This document shows, in pieces, positions 27,399 to 35,660 of a stretch of 37,787 bases of DNA (position 1 is the stretch's first letter; each line of letters starts with the position of its first letter). The position numbers and the translations under genes were made by a program. Origin of the DNA: Oscillospiraceae bacterium (GTDB taxonomy: Bacteria > Bacillota > Clostridia > Oscillospirales > Acutalibacteraceae). The notes below the pieces were generated by a model that saw only the letters and a program-made list of their open reading frames with translations, searched no databases and had not been told where the DNA came from. Location of the stretch: assembly GCA_902796165.1 (NCBI GenBank), contig CADBOD010000020.1:1-37787 (forward strand). Reading direction: 5' to 3'.

Positions 27399-27474
27399 GG
27401 GGGTGTAGCTCACTTGGGAGAGCGTCTGAATGGCATTCAGAAGGTAGTCGGTTCGATCCCGATCATCTCCACCA
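27399..27474 (+). tRNA. tRNA-Ala (anticodon GGC), CCA encoded
   Basis: Hand-folded cloverleaf. Acceptor GGGGGTG/CATCTCC includes the G3:U70 alanine identity pair. D arm GCTC..GAGC. Anticodon stem TCTGA/TCAGA with loop AT-GGC-AT. T arm GTCGG-TTCGATC-CCGAT. Discriminator A followed by CCA. Confidence 0.9.
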
Positions 27475-27478
27475 CGAA

Positions 27479-27520
27479 GAAAGACAGTCCGTTTTTAGCG
27501 GGCTGTCTTTCTTTTGTTTT
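27479..27520 (+). terminator. Rho-independent terminator after tRNA-Ala (also abuts the 3' end of the convergent gtrA-like gene)
   Basis: 13-bp stem gaaagacagtccg / cgggctgtctttc followed by TTTTGTTTT on the plus strand. Confidence 0.8.
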
Positions 27521-27980
27521 ATAACGGAGATTGATTTTTGGGCGACTTTTTCTTAATGGTATCGATAGTCTTACCAAAGACAAAAAAGCGGTCATAAAAA
27601 TATTCTGTTACCAGATTTAGCATCATATTCAGTATTGTAACAAGAAGATCGTTCCATCCGAGGTTTTCCGCAAGAAAATTACCAAGCAATGTTGAAAGCG
27701 GAGTAAATACCACATAGAACAATGCAACTTTGAGCATTGCTATCGGCACATTTTCCGCCGATCTGAAAGTAAAACGCCTGTTTAAAGTGAAATTCCAGAT
27801 AACAGACAGTATCAGTGCTATCAGATACTTTGCCCAATAGTGTAACTGAGTATATCCATCAAGCAGAGCAAACGAAACGAATTCTACTACGCCTGCCGAT
27901 ATTGAAAACAGCAAAAATTTAACGGCTCTTATCAGTTCTTTTCTATCCTTCAATTTTAATTCTCCGGTTTTAAATATCAT
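27519..27980 (-). CDS. GtrA-family membrane protein
   Basis: Four predicted TM helices with the GtrA pattern (VKFLLFSISAGVVEFVSFALL...WNFTLNRRFTFRS...YFYDRFFVF). ATG 27980 overlaps the STAS stop (ATGA). Confidence 0.8.
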   Translation of the reverse strand: MIFKTGELKLKDRKELIRAVKFLLFSISAGVVEFVSFALLDGYTQLHYWAKYLIALILSVIWNFTLNRRFTFRSAENVPIAMLKVALFYVVFTPLSTLLGNFLAENLGWNDLLVTILNMMLNLVTEYFYDRFFVFGKTIDTIKKKSPKNQSPL

Positions 27981-28276
27981 TCAATAGTGAGTATATCGGA
28001 AAATCCCGTCACCTCGAAAATTTCCATAATTGTTTCGCCCACATTTATAACCCTCATACTTCCCTGAGCGTTCATCTTCTTCTGCGCCGAGAGAAGCACT
28101 CGAAGTCCGGCGGACGAAATATAATCGAGCTTGTTCATATCGAGTGTAAGAGAGGTAACACCCTCAATGGATTCGTTCAGCTCCTTTTCAAGCTGAGGTG
28201 CCGTGGTGGTATCGAGCCTGCCTTCAAGCGATACCGAAAGAAAATCGTTATCCTTGTTTTTTAAAACATTAAGCAT
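27977..28276 (-). CDS. STAS-domain anti-sigma-factor antagonist (SpoIIAA/RsbV-like)
   Basis: 99 aa, with LEGRLDTTTAPQLEKEL and the conserved phospho-Ser region LDYISSAGLRVLL. GGAGGG lies 7 nt before the ATG and overlaps the stop of the phosphatase gene. Confidence 0.85.
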   Translation of the reverse strand: MLNVLKNKDNDFLSVSLEGRLDTTTAPQLEKELNESIEGVTSLTLDMNKLDYISSAGLRVLLSAQKKMNAQGSMRVINVGETIMEIFEVTGFSDILTIE

Positions 28277-28279
28277 TGC

Positions 28280-29755
28280 TTATCCCTCCAAAATCTCACT
28301 TTTTCCTTTATATTCAAGACCCAACATTGTAAGGTCATCAAACTGCTCTGCATCTTTTACAAATTCATCAACCGAATGTCTTACATTGTTAAGCATTTCT
28401 TCGGGCGATGCCTTTGTGTTTTTATTAAGCGCCGCAAGCATTCTCTCTGTACCGAACAGCTCCTTATTCTCATTTGTAGCCTCCGGTACACCGTCAGTAT
28501 AAAGAAACATCTTTGAGCCGGGGGTGAGTTTTAATTCATATTCCTTATATTTTACCCCGTCCATTCCGCCTATTACAAACCCGTGTTTATCCTTTAAAAG
28601 CTCAAATTCGCCACTCTCGTTCATAATAACGGGATACTCGTGACCGGCATTAGCGGCAGTAAGGCGCCCTGTTGATATTTCAAGAATACCGAGCCATACC
28701 GTTACAAACATTTCCTCACGGTTATTTGAACAAATTGCGGCGTTTGTATCGGTAAGTATCTGAGCCGGCGTTTTGCCTATCATCGCGTTATTGGCGAGGA
28801 TTATCTTCGACGCCATCATAAACAGTGCCGCGGGGACTCCTTTCCCCGATACATCCGCCATAACCATACAAAGATGGTCATCATCAACAAGGAAGAAATC
28901 ATAAAAATCTCCGCCCACTTCCTTTGCCGGATTCATCGAGGCGTAAACATCAAATTCCGCTCTATCCGGAAACGCGGGGAAAATATTAGGTAACATATCC
29001 GCCTGAATTGCCGATGCCATAGTAAGCTCGGTATCAATTCTTGAGCTTTCAATTTTTTGCTTTTCGTATTCCGCATTCTGATTTTCGATAATAACCGAAA
29101 ACATATAAACCGAAGCACCTACGGTAACAAAAATTATGTATTGAATTTTAGGTGAAAAGCTTTGAAGAAGTATTGCGATTATAGGTGCTATAATATAGTT
29201 TCCAAAAGCGATTTTTACCTTTTTTGAAATCTTCTTGCTGTTACTCAACAACACTACCGCGTCAAATACCAACATAAGTATCGGCCCGATATTTGAAAGC
29301 AGATAATAAGTTCCGCGGTGATAAACATTATCCGCATCAAAGTAATATATAAGGTCAAACGGCCAACCTATGACTAAAAACGCAATATGTATTAAAAGAA
29401 GGGTATATGTAAGCACAACCATCCGTGCAGTCAGCTTTTTATTAAGCCTTGAAACAGCAATTACCAAAAGTGACATAATGTGCGCCATAAAGCCGGCGGC
29501 GGTCATTTCTAAAAATGTAGTGATATAAAGCGCTGTACGCACAGCGCCTCCCGGCAAGCCGTCCATAATCTGCCTTGCAAGATGCAGCGAAATATAAGAA
29601 AGTATCAAAAGGAAAAAAACCTGAAAATACATGCGCACTTCTTTTTTTAAATGCCTGGACGATGAAATCTGCAAAAAGCAAAGAGTGCAAACGCCTATAC
29701 CGCCAGAAATCAGCAGGGCGTTTATGAGATTTGGCACCGAAAAAACAAATTGCAT
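28280..29755 (-). CDS. Polytopic-membrane PP2C (SpoIIE/RsbU-type) serine phosphatase
   Basis: The N-terminal ~215 aa carry about 7-8 hydrophobic helices. These are followed by a short coiled segment and a PP2C domain (ASAIQADMLP, GGDFYDFF, ADVSGKGVPAALFM, YTDGVPEA, DDLTML). Confidence 0.85.
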   Translation of the reverse strand: MQFVFSVPNLINALLISGGIGVCTLCFLQISSSRHLKKEVRMYFQVFFLLILSYISLHLARQIMDGLPGGAVRTALYITTFLEMTAAGFMAHIMSLLVIAVSRLNKKLTARMVVLTYTLLLIHIAFLVIGWPFDLIYYFDADNVYHRGTYYLLSNIGPILMLVFDAVVLLSNSKKISKKVKIAFGNYIIAPIIAILLQSFSPKIQYIIFVTVGASVYMFSVIIENQNAEYEKQKIESSRIDTELTMASAIQADMLPNIFPAFPDRAEFDVYASMNPAKEVGGDFYDFFLVDDDHLCMVMADVSGKGVPAALFMMASKIILANNAMIGKTPAQILTDTNAAICSNNREEMFVTVWLGILEISTGRLTAANAGHEYPVIMNESGEFELLKDKHGFVIGGMDGVKYKEYELKLTPGSKMFLYTDGVPEATNENKELFGTERMLAALNKNTKASPEEMLNNVRHSVDEFVKDAEQFDDLTMLGLEYKGKSEILEG

Positions 29756-29827
29756 AAATAAAATACTCCTGTCCTATTCACTGAAAGTTATCGGGCATAT
29801 TAGATGCCTGAAATACTAAATAATCAC

Positions 29828-30853
29828 CTATTCAACGACTGCCTGTTCCGTTTCGGAAATTGCAAAAACCGTAAGGAAGAGGGTATCTAAATCGTCGGAC
29901 GATGTCCACACCCTATAATACATTTTTCCTATGGGGACCTTTATCTTGTGTTCCGCTTCCTCATCCTCGTGAACATACATACTGCTTGTTTCAATCCTTG
30001 CGAATACCGAGCCGTTTTTAGCTACATCATAGATGAAGTTGGGAAATTTACTGTGCACATTAGTCGATATGCGAATACCCTTTTCGTGCAGCAAATCCCA
30101 GATATTCTTACCGTCAAACTTAAACCACGATTTTGCCGAGAAAACCTCATCGTTATAAGATTGTGTCACAATATGTCCCACTTCGTGCTGCTCAACCTTG
30201 CCGGTGATATGGTTGCTGAACTCGTACGGGCGGGTACCCACAATCGCCTGCTTTAACATCTTAGCTTCAAAAAGCACCTTTCTATCGGCGTTCTCAACAA
30301 TATATCCGGGCTTTAAACCGTTTCCGTCAAACCGGAAATAATACTCGGTAACACCGGAAGCACCCTTGATGCCTTCAAATTCCGCGCTAGGAAAAGGAGC
30401 GATATTATCGAGCTCCTTGCTCTTTTTAAACGCATCAACGGTTTTATACACGCCGAAAATCAGGCAAACCGCACCGGCGCCTATCAAAGCAAACACAAAA
30501 AGCGGCCCCATTTTGCTGTTGGATATCCTTTCGGGGTCAGCCGGGTCATAATAAACCTTTATATTATCACCGACACTGTATTTACCGGTAAGATTGCTGA
30601 ATGTGCTTTTATACTCTTTACCGCCCACGGTATATGTGATATCAACATCGTATGCCGCTTCGGAATTTTCTTCGGCATCTATCGGCTCAACCTCTGTTAC
30701 GGCGATGATTTTTCCATTTGTTTCAAGATACTTATCGGTTTTAAAACCGGCAAGTATTATCCCGAATACTATAAGGATAATGCCGAGCGGCACGAAAAAG
30801 CGCGCAGGGCCGGTATTTCTCATAATTCTTGCAAATTTATTCTCAAATCCCAT
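29828..30853 (-). CDS. DUF3592-domain membrane protein fused to an uncharacterised ~190-aa C-terminal domain
   Basis: Order of elements: TM, DUF3592-like beta domain (TNGKIIAVTEVEP...YDVDITYTVGGKEYKSTFSN...GDNIKVYYDPADPERI), second TM (LFVFALIGAGAVCLIFGVY), then a soluble C-terminal domain. AGGAGA lies 7 nt before the ATG. Confidence 0.6.
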   Translation of the reverse strand: MGFENKFARIMRNTGPARFFVPLGIILIVFGIILAGFKTDKYLETNGKIIAVTEVEPIDAEENSEAAYDVDITYTVGGKEYKSTFSNLTGKYSVGDNIKVYYDPADPERISNSKMGPLFVFALIGAGAVCLIFGVYKTVDAFKKSKELDNIAPFPSAEFEGIKGASGVTEYYFRFDGNGLKPGYIVENADRKVLFEAKMLKQAIVGTRPYEFSNHITGKVEQHEVGHIVTQSYNDEVFSAKSWFKFDGKNIWDLLHEKGIRISTNVHSKFPNFIYDVAKNGSVFARIETSSMYVHEDEEAEHKIKVPIGKMYYRVWTSSDDLDTLFLTVFAISETEQAVVE

Positions 30854-30874
30854 AATAATATCTCCTGTTTAATA

Positions 30875-31228
30875 TTACTGTACACGAATAACATACTTTG
30901 GTTTTTCGGGCAGATATTTTATGCGCACATTACTGCCCTCGTGAAGATCGCTATCCCAACTTTTACCTATTCTGTTATCAAAGCTCTTGCCGCTGGCGAG
31001 CTTGGCTTCAACCTCTTTACCGTCCATTGTGCGATATGTAACATAGTAAGTATAATAAACGCCTGTAACTATACCGTCCTCATCGGTGCTTTCACTCTCT
31101 TTCACTCGTGTAACTACCGCATCCGCCTCAACGCCGTTTTGGTTTATTTTATTGTTTCGCTTCGCAGTGAATATTATGCTTGCTATAATGATTAAAACGA
31201 TTATTGCACCGCCTATATACATTCCCAT
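30875..31228 (-). CDS. Small DUF3592-domain membrane protein
   Basis: An N-terminal TM is followed by VEADAVVTRVKESE...YYVTYRTMDGKEVEAKLASG...GSNVRIKYLPEKPKYV. GGAGGA lies 7 nt before the ATG. Confidence 0.6.
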   Translation of the reverse strand: MGMYIGGAIIVLIIIASIIFTAKRNNKINQNGVEADAVVTRVKESESTDEDGIVTGVYYTYYVTYRTMDGKEVEAKLASGKSFDNRIGKSWDSDLHEGSNVRIKYLPEKPKYVIRVQ

Positions 31229-31282
31229 AAATATTTCCTCCGTTCGTTTTATAATGCACCTTTAAATATATGTATTGTATTT

Positions 31283-31311
31283 ATTATACGGTGTAAGTCA
31301 AATATTTTCAA
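31283..31311 (-). promoter_or_regulatory. Sigma-A-type promoter for the DUF3592-PP2C-STAS-GtrA operon
   Basis: Minus strand reads TTGAAA (31311-06), 17-nt spacer, TATAAT (31288-83). Confidence 0.6.
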
Positions 31312-31398
31312 GTATAAAAGCCTCTGATTTCCGATTTTTTATGTTCCGGCTTCTGAAAACGGCACAATAAAACCCGGCACAAATACTGTATATTATCC

Positions 31399-31427
31399 TT
31401 GAAAAAACATATATATTGTGTTAAAAT
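31399..31427 (+). promoter_or_regulatory. Sigma-A-type promoter (extended -10) for the histidine phosphatase/ruvX transcription unit
   Basis: TTGAAA (31399-404), 17-nt spacer ending in TGT, TAAAAT (31422-27). Confidence 0.6.
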
Positions 31428-31444
31428 GTTATTGGGTGTATGTT

Positions 31445-32104
31445 ATGACAAGAATTTATATAGTACGGCACTGTGAAGCCGCCGGAAATCACAAAAGACT
31501 TTTTCAGGGCTCTACCGATTGTGATATAACCGAGCTTGGCGGTCGCCAGCTTGAACTTTTAAGCAAAAGATTTGAAAAATTACATATTGATAAGATATAT
31601 ACAAGCCCCCTTATCCGTGCCCGTAAAACCGCCCAGGCGATAAGAGCCGGACGCGATATAGATGTAGTGGCGCTGGAAGGTCTTACAGAAATTCACGGCG
31701 GAATAGTGGAAGGCAAGCCATTTTTGGAAACCTTCAAAAAAATTCCGATGCTCGGCGAAATATGGAATGAAAGGCCTCAGGATTTCGAGCCGGAGGGCGG
31801 AGAGCCTATGCGAAAAGCATACGAACGCATATGGGAAACCGTTTTGAAAATAGCTCAGGAAAATGACGGTAAAACGGTTGCTATCGCCACTCACGGCGGC
31901 GTAACGAGGTGCCTTAACTGCCGTCTTTTATACGGCACTATTGACCGGCTCAAGGATGTTGAGTGGTGTGAAAACACATCTGTAACATTGGTTGAGTTTG
32001 ACGATAATTTTAACGCTGAGCTCAAATATATGAACGATCACTCTCATATTCCGGATGAATTATTGCCAAAACGAAGCAGAATTGCGGAGGTAGGTAAAGA
32101 TTGA
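31445..32104 (+). CDS. Histidine phosphatase family protein (phosphoglycerate mutase-like)
   Basis: Catalytic RHG-type motif IYIVRHCEAAGN, plus SPLIRARKTA and the C-terminal ATHGG. Start trimmed to ATG 31445. Confidence 0.85.
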   Translation: MTRIYIVRHCEAAGNHKRLFQGSTDCDITELGGRQLELLSKRFEKLHIDKIYTSPLIRARKTAQAIRAGRDIDVVALEGLTEIHGGIVEGKPFLETFKKIPMLGEIWNERPQDFEPEGGEPMRKAYERIWETVLKIAQENDGKTVAIATHGGVTRCLNCRLLYGTIDRLKDVEWCENTSVTLVEFDDNFNAELKYMNDHSHIPDELLPKRSRIAEVGKD

Positions 32105-32514
32105 TAATAATGGCAGTTGATTTGGGGCTTGCCAGAACAGGCGTAGCGGTATCTGACGAGGGCGAGAGCTTTGCTTTTCCGAGGGATGTGATTTACGAGC
32201 GTGATGAAGCAGTCCTCATAGAAAAAATCTGCGCTGCTATCAAGGAATACGGCGCGGGCAGGCTTGTTGTGGGATTACCGAAGAATATGGACGGCAGCTT
32301 TGGCGAGCGCGCCGAAACCTCAAAAAGAATAGCCGAAAGCGTATTTAAGGCGTCAGGAATTGAAACGGTTTTGTTTGACGAGCGATGTACAACAATCACC
32401 GCACACAACTATCTTAATATGAATAATGTGCGCGGAAAGAAACGAAAAAACACGGTAGATGCGGTTGCGGCAACGGTGATTTTAGAGGATTATTTAAGGT
32501 CGATAAGAAAATAA
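32101..32514 (+). CDS. ruvX: Holliday junction resolvase-like / pre-16S rRNA nuclease RuvX (YqgF)
   Basis: Motifs MAVDLGLARTGVAVSD, VVGLPKNMDGS.GERA, DERCTT. The start is either TTG 32101 (GGAGG 10 nt upstream) or ATG 32110. Confidence 0.88.
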   Translation: MIIMAVDLGLARTGVAVSDEGESFAFPRDVIYERDEAVLIEKICAAIKEYGAGRLVVGLPKNMDGSFGERAETSKRIAESVFKASGIETVLFDERCTTITAHNYLNMNNVRGKKRKNTVDAVAATVILEDYLRSIRK

Positions 32515-32563
32515 TGTGTATTTAACGGTGTTTTCTCCGGATAATATTATCGGAGGAGATACT

Positions 32564-33238
32564 ATGTCAGATAACGAAAACAAACGAAACAGTGAAAGAG
32601 CGGACAGTATAAAGGAAATGGGCGCCGTTGAAACCTTCGGTGGCAGGCATAAAATTTTTTGTCTTACAATCATAGGCGAAATTGAGGGGCACAGCATTTT
32701 ACCCGAGCAGAGCAAAACCACCAAGTACGAGCACATTCTGCCCCAACTCGTAGCGGTGGAGGAAAGTGACGAAATCGAGGGACTGATAGTGATTTTAAAC
32801 ACTATCGGCGGCGATGTTGAAGCAGGGCTTGCGATAGCCGAGCTTATTTCGGGTATGAAAAAACCGAGCGTGAGCTTTGTGCTAGGTGGCGGTCACTCAA
32901 TAGGCGTTCCGCTTGCGGTTTCCGCAAAGCACTCTTTTATTGCGCCGTCTGCTACTATGACTATACATCCGGTAAGAACTAACGGGTTGGTTATAGGCGT
33001 ACCGCAGATGATGAATCATTTTACGCGTATGCAGGAGCGTATTACTGATTTTGTAGTTAAGAATTCCAATATATCCAAGGATAAGTTCAACGAGTTGCTT
33101 ATGAACACAGGTGAGCTTGTAACAGATGTAGGCTCGGTGCTCGGCGGAAACGCCGCGGTAGATGTGGGACTCATTGACAGCTTGGGTTCCCTTTCGGATG
33201 TTATTGATTGCCTTAACAATATGATAGAGCAAAAATAA
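32564..33238 (+). CDS. tepA: TepA-like ClpP-fold (SDH-type) serine protease
   Basis: Near-colinear with B. subtilis TepA as I recall it: CLTIIGEIEGH, SKTTKYEHILPQLVAVE, IEGLIVILNTIGGDVEAGLAIAE, GGGHSIGVPLAVS, ATMTIHPVR, GLVIGVPQ. Start trimmed to ATG 32564, with GGAGGAG 5 nt upstream. Confidence 0.85.
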   Translation: MSDNENKRNSERADSIKEMGAVETFGGRHKIFCLTIIGEIEGHSILPEQSKTTKYEHILPQLVAVEESDEIEGLIVILNTIGGDVEAGLAIAELISGMKKPSVSFVLGGGHSIGVPLAVSAKHSFIAPSATMTIHPVRTNGLVIGVPQMMNHFTRMQERITDFVVKNSNISKDKFNELLMNTGELVTDVGSVLGGNAAVDVGLIDSLGSLSDVIDCLNNMIEQK

Positions 33239-33266
33239 TTTGCATTATAAATTTTGGAGTTGAATT

Positions 33267-35660
33267 ATGGCTAACACAAAAAACAAAAGGTCATCTTCGC
33301 GCCAGGCGGCGAAGAGCGCGGCATCACGGCAGGTAGCGGCGATAATATGGTTGGCGGTGGCTGTATTGTGGGCGTGCATCGTTTTAATACCGGGCAAGAA
33401 TGTGTGGACATGGCTGCACGAGTTTATGTTCTCAGTATTCGGTATTACGGCGTATGTTTTTCCGATTTTACTCGGATTTGCCGCAATTATGGCGGCGCTT
33501 GATAAAATCAGCAAATCGGTAAAATACAGAACTGTGGAAACCGCTATACTTTCTGCGCTTATAGGCGCAACGATAGATGTTTTTGCAAATTTTACGGACG
33601 GACTTTCTTTCGGTGAGCATATTTCTGCTGTGTGGGATGCAGGCAAAAGCATCCCCTCAGCAATAAAGGGCGGCGGCATTTTAGGCACACTGCTCGGTCA
33701 CCCGATATGTGCCGCATTCGGCAAAACCGGAGCCGCAATAACCTTGATAATATTGATTTTTGTTCTCGTTATGCTTATGACGGGTACCACACTTATAATG
33801 CTTTTTAAGGCGTTCGGCAACTCTGCAAAAGCCGTAAGCGAGCACGCGCAGAACACCTTTGCCGAGCGTGCCGAAAAGCAGGGCGAATTAAAGGTGGTCA
33901 AGGGTTTTAATGTTGATATACCGGTTGACGAGCCGGAGAAGCCTACTAAAAAGAGCAAAAAAGATACGCTTGAAGACAAGCAGAAAAAACTCGTTGCTAC
34001 ATATAATGACGAGGAAATCCCGGATGATAACGCGAGTGACGGTATTGACACTGCGATTGACAATGTCGCCAATGCCGGCGAGAATGACGAGGAGAAAAAG
34101 CCCGAGAAAATAAAGGTGGATTTCGAAAAAGAAACCGATGAAATGGCTGATAAAATCAGTGAGAATTACATTAAAAATGTCGGTTATATCCCGCCTCCGC
34201 TTACCCTTCTTAACGAATACAACAGCGGTGATGTAAGAGCCACCGCCGCAGAACAGGCAAGCGTTTCCGAAAGGCTTGTTGAAACTCTTCGCTCATTCGG
34301 TGTTGAAACAAGAGTTGTTGATGTAAACCACGGCCCTACGGTTACAAGATACGAGCTTCAACCGAAAGCCGGCGTTAAAATAAGTAAAATCACCAGTCTT
34401 GCAGACGATATAGCGCTAAATCTTGCCACGGCAGGTGTAAGAATAGAAGCGCCGATACCGAATAAGGCGGCTGTGGGTATTGAAGTACCGAACAGGCAAT
34501 CGGCAGTGGTGGGCGTCAGAGAAATTATAGAATCCACCGCATTTTCCGCTTCAAAGAGCAGTCTTACAGTTTCCCTCGGCAGAGATATCGGCGGTAATGT
34601 TGTGGTGACTGATATTGCCAAAATGCCGCACGGTCTTATAGCCGGCGCCACAGGCTCAGGTAAATCGGTTTGTATAAACTCCTTTATTATCAGTCTGCTT
34701 TACAAGGCTTCGCCTGATGATGTAAAACTGCTTATGATTGACCCCAAGGTAGTAGAGCTTAATGTATATAACGGCATTCCTCATCTGCTTGTTCCCGTTG
34801 TAACAGATCCGAGAAAAGCGGCAGGTGCCCTCGGTTGGGCGGTAAGTGAAATGGAAAACCGTTACCGCAAGTTTGCCGACCGCGGTGTTCGTGATATTGC
34901 AGGTTACAATAAACTTGTAGAAACACTCAAAGATGAACCGGAAGTCGAAAAAATGCCGCATATCGTTATTGTGGTTGATGAGCTTGCAGACCTTATGATG
35001 ACGGCGCCGAAAGAGGTTGAGGATTCAATAAACAGAATTGCCGCAAAAGCCCGTGCCGCAGGTATGCATCTGCTTATTGCCACTCAGCGACCTTCGGTCG
35101 ATGTGGTAACCGGAGTAATCAAGGCGAATATTCCTACGCGTATCGCGTTTTCGGTTTCCTCTCAGATTGACAGCCGGACCATTTTGGATACCGCCGGTGC
35201 GGAAAAACTGCTTGGCCGCGGCGATATGCTCTTTAATCCTGTGGGTGCCAGCAAGCCGCGCAGACTTCAAGGGTGCTTTGTTTCCGATGAAGAGGTGGAG
35301 CGCGTGGTTGAATTTGTTAAAAGCAGTGCCAACGCCGATTATGACGGTGATGTTATGGATGAAATCGAGCGCCAGGCGGCGAACTCCAAGCAAAAGGGTG
35401 CTCCGGTTCAGGGCGCTCAGGGTGACGAAGAGGGCGATGCTGACAGTATGCTTGATGATGCAATAAGAGTAGTTGTCGAAGCGGGACAGGCTTCCACTTC
35501 CCTTTTACAGCGCAGGCTTAAACTCGGTTATTCTCGCGCGGCAAGGATAATCGACCAAATGGAAGAACGAGGGATTGTAGGCCCGTATGAAGGCTCTAAA
35601 CCGCGCAAGGTACTTATAACCAAAGAACAACTTATGGAACAGGAAGCCAGAACTGAATGA
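33267..35660 (+). CDS. ftsK: DNA translocase FtsK/SpoIIIE
   Basis: An N-terminal 4-5 TM anchor and an acidic/Lys-rich linker precede the motor domain, which has Walker A (GATGSGKS), Walker B (IVIVVDELADL) and ATQRPSVDV. The C-terminus carries a gamma winged helix (LLQRRLKLGYSRAARIIDQMEERGIVG). Confidence 0.93.
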   Translation: MANTKNKRSSSRQAAKSAASRQVAAIIWLAVAVLWACIVLIPGKNVWTWLHEFMFSVFGITAYVFPILLGFAAIMAALDKISKSVKYRTVETAILSALIGATIDVFANFTDGLSFGEHISAVWDAGKSIPSAIKGGGILGTLLGHPICAAFGKTGAAITLIILIFVLVMLMTGTTLIMLFKAFGNSAKAVSEHAQNTFAERAEKQGELKVVKGFNVDIPVDEPEKPTKKSKKDTLEDKQKKLVATYNDEEIPDDNASDGIDTAIDNVANAGENDEEKKPEKIKVDFEKETDEMADKISENYIKNVGYIPPPLTLLNEYNSGDVRATAAEQASVSERLVETLRSFGVETRVVDVNHGPTVTRYELQPKAGVKISKITSLADDIALNLATAGVRIEAPIPNKAAVGIEVPNRQSAVVGVREIIESTAFSASKSSLTVSLGRDIGGNVVVTDIAKMPHGLIAGATGSGKSVCINSFIISLLYKASPDDVKLLMIDPKVVELNVYNGIPHLLVPVVTDPRKAAGALGWAVSEMENRYRKFADRGVRDIAGYNKLVETLKDEPEVEKMPHIVIVVDELADLMMTAPKEVEDSINRIAAKARAAGMHLLIATQRPSVDVVTGVIKANIPTRIAFSVSSQIDSRTILDTAGAEKLLGRGDMLFNPVGASKPRRLQGCFVSDEEVERVVEFVKSSANADYDGDVMDEIERQAANSKQKGAPVQGAQGDEEGDADSMLDDAIRVVVEAGQASTSLLQRRLKLGYSRAARIIDQMEERGIVGPYEGSKPRKVLITKEQLMEQEARTE

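Noticed and set aside
27333-27524. A 63-aa plus-strand ORF spanning the tRNA-Ala gene.
   Set aside because: The region folds into a complete tRNA cloverleaf followed by a terminator, so the ORF is incidental.
31360-31382. A direct repeat CGGCACAA twice, 15 bp apart, upstream of the histidine phosphatase promoter.
   Set aside because: Two 8-mers are too short to distinguish from chance. There is no associated regulator and no third copy in the window.
32540-32551. A 12-bp palindrome GATAATATTATC just before the tepA-like SD.
   Set aside because: It consists almost entirely of A/T (only the terminal G/C pair), is short, and is not repeated elsewhere in the window. It is likely a chance AT-rich palindrome, and its weak RNA stem is unlikely to occlude the SD.
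33245-33688. A 147-aa minus-strand ORF overlapping the 5' end of ftsK.
   Set aside because: It is antisense to the FtsK membrane anchor. Its hydrophobic translation mirrors the TM-coding region. It has no SD or promoter.
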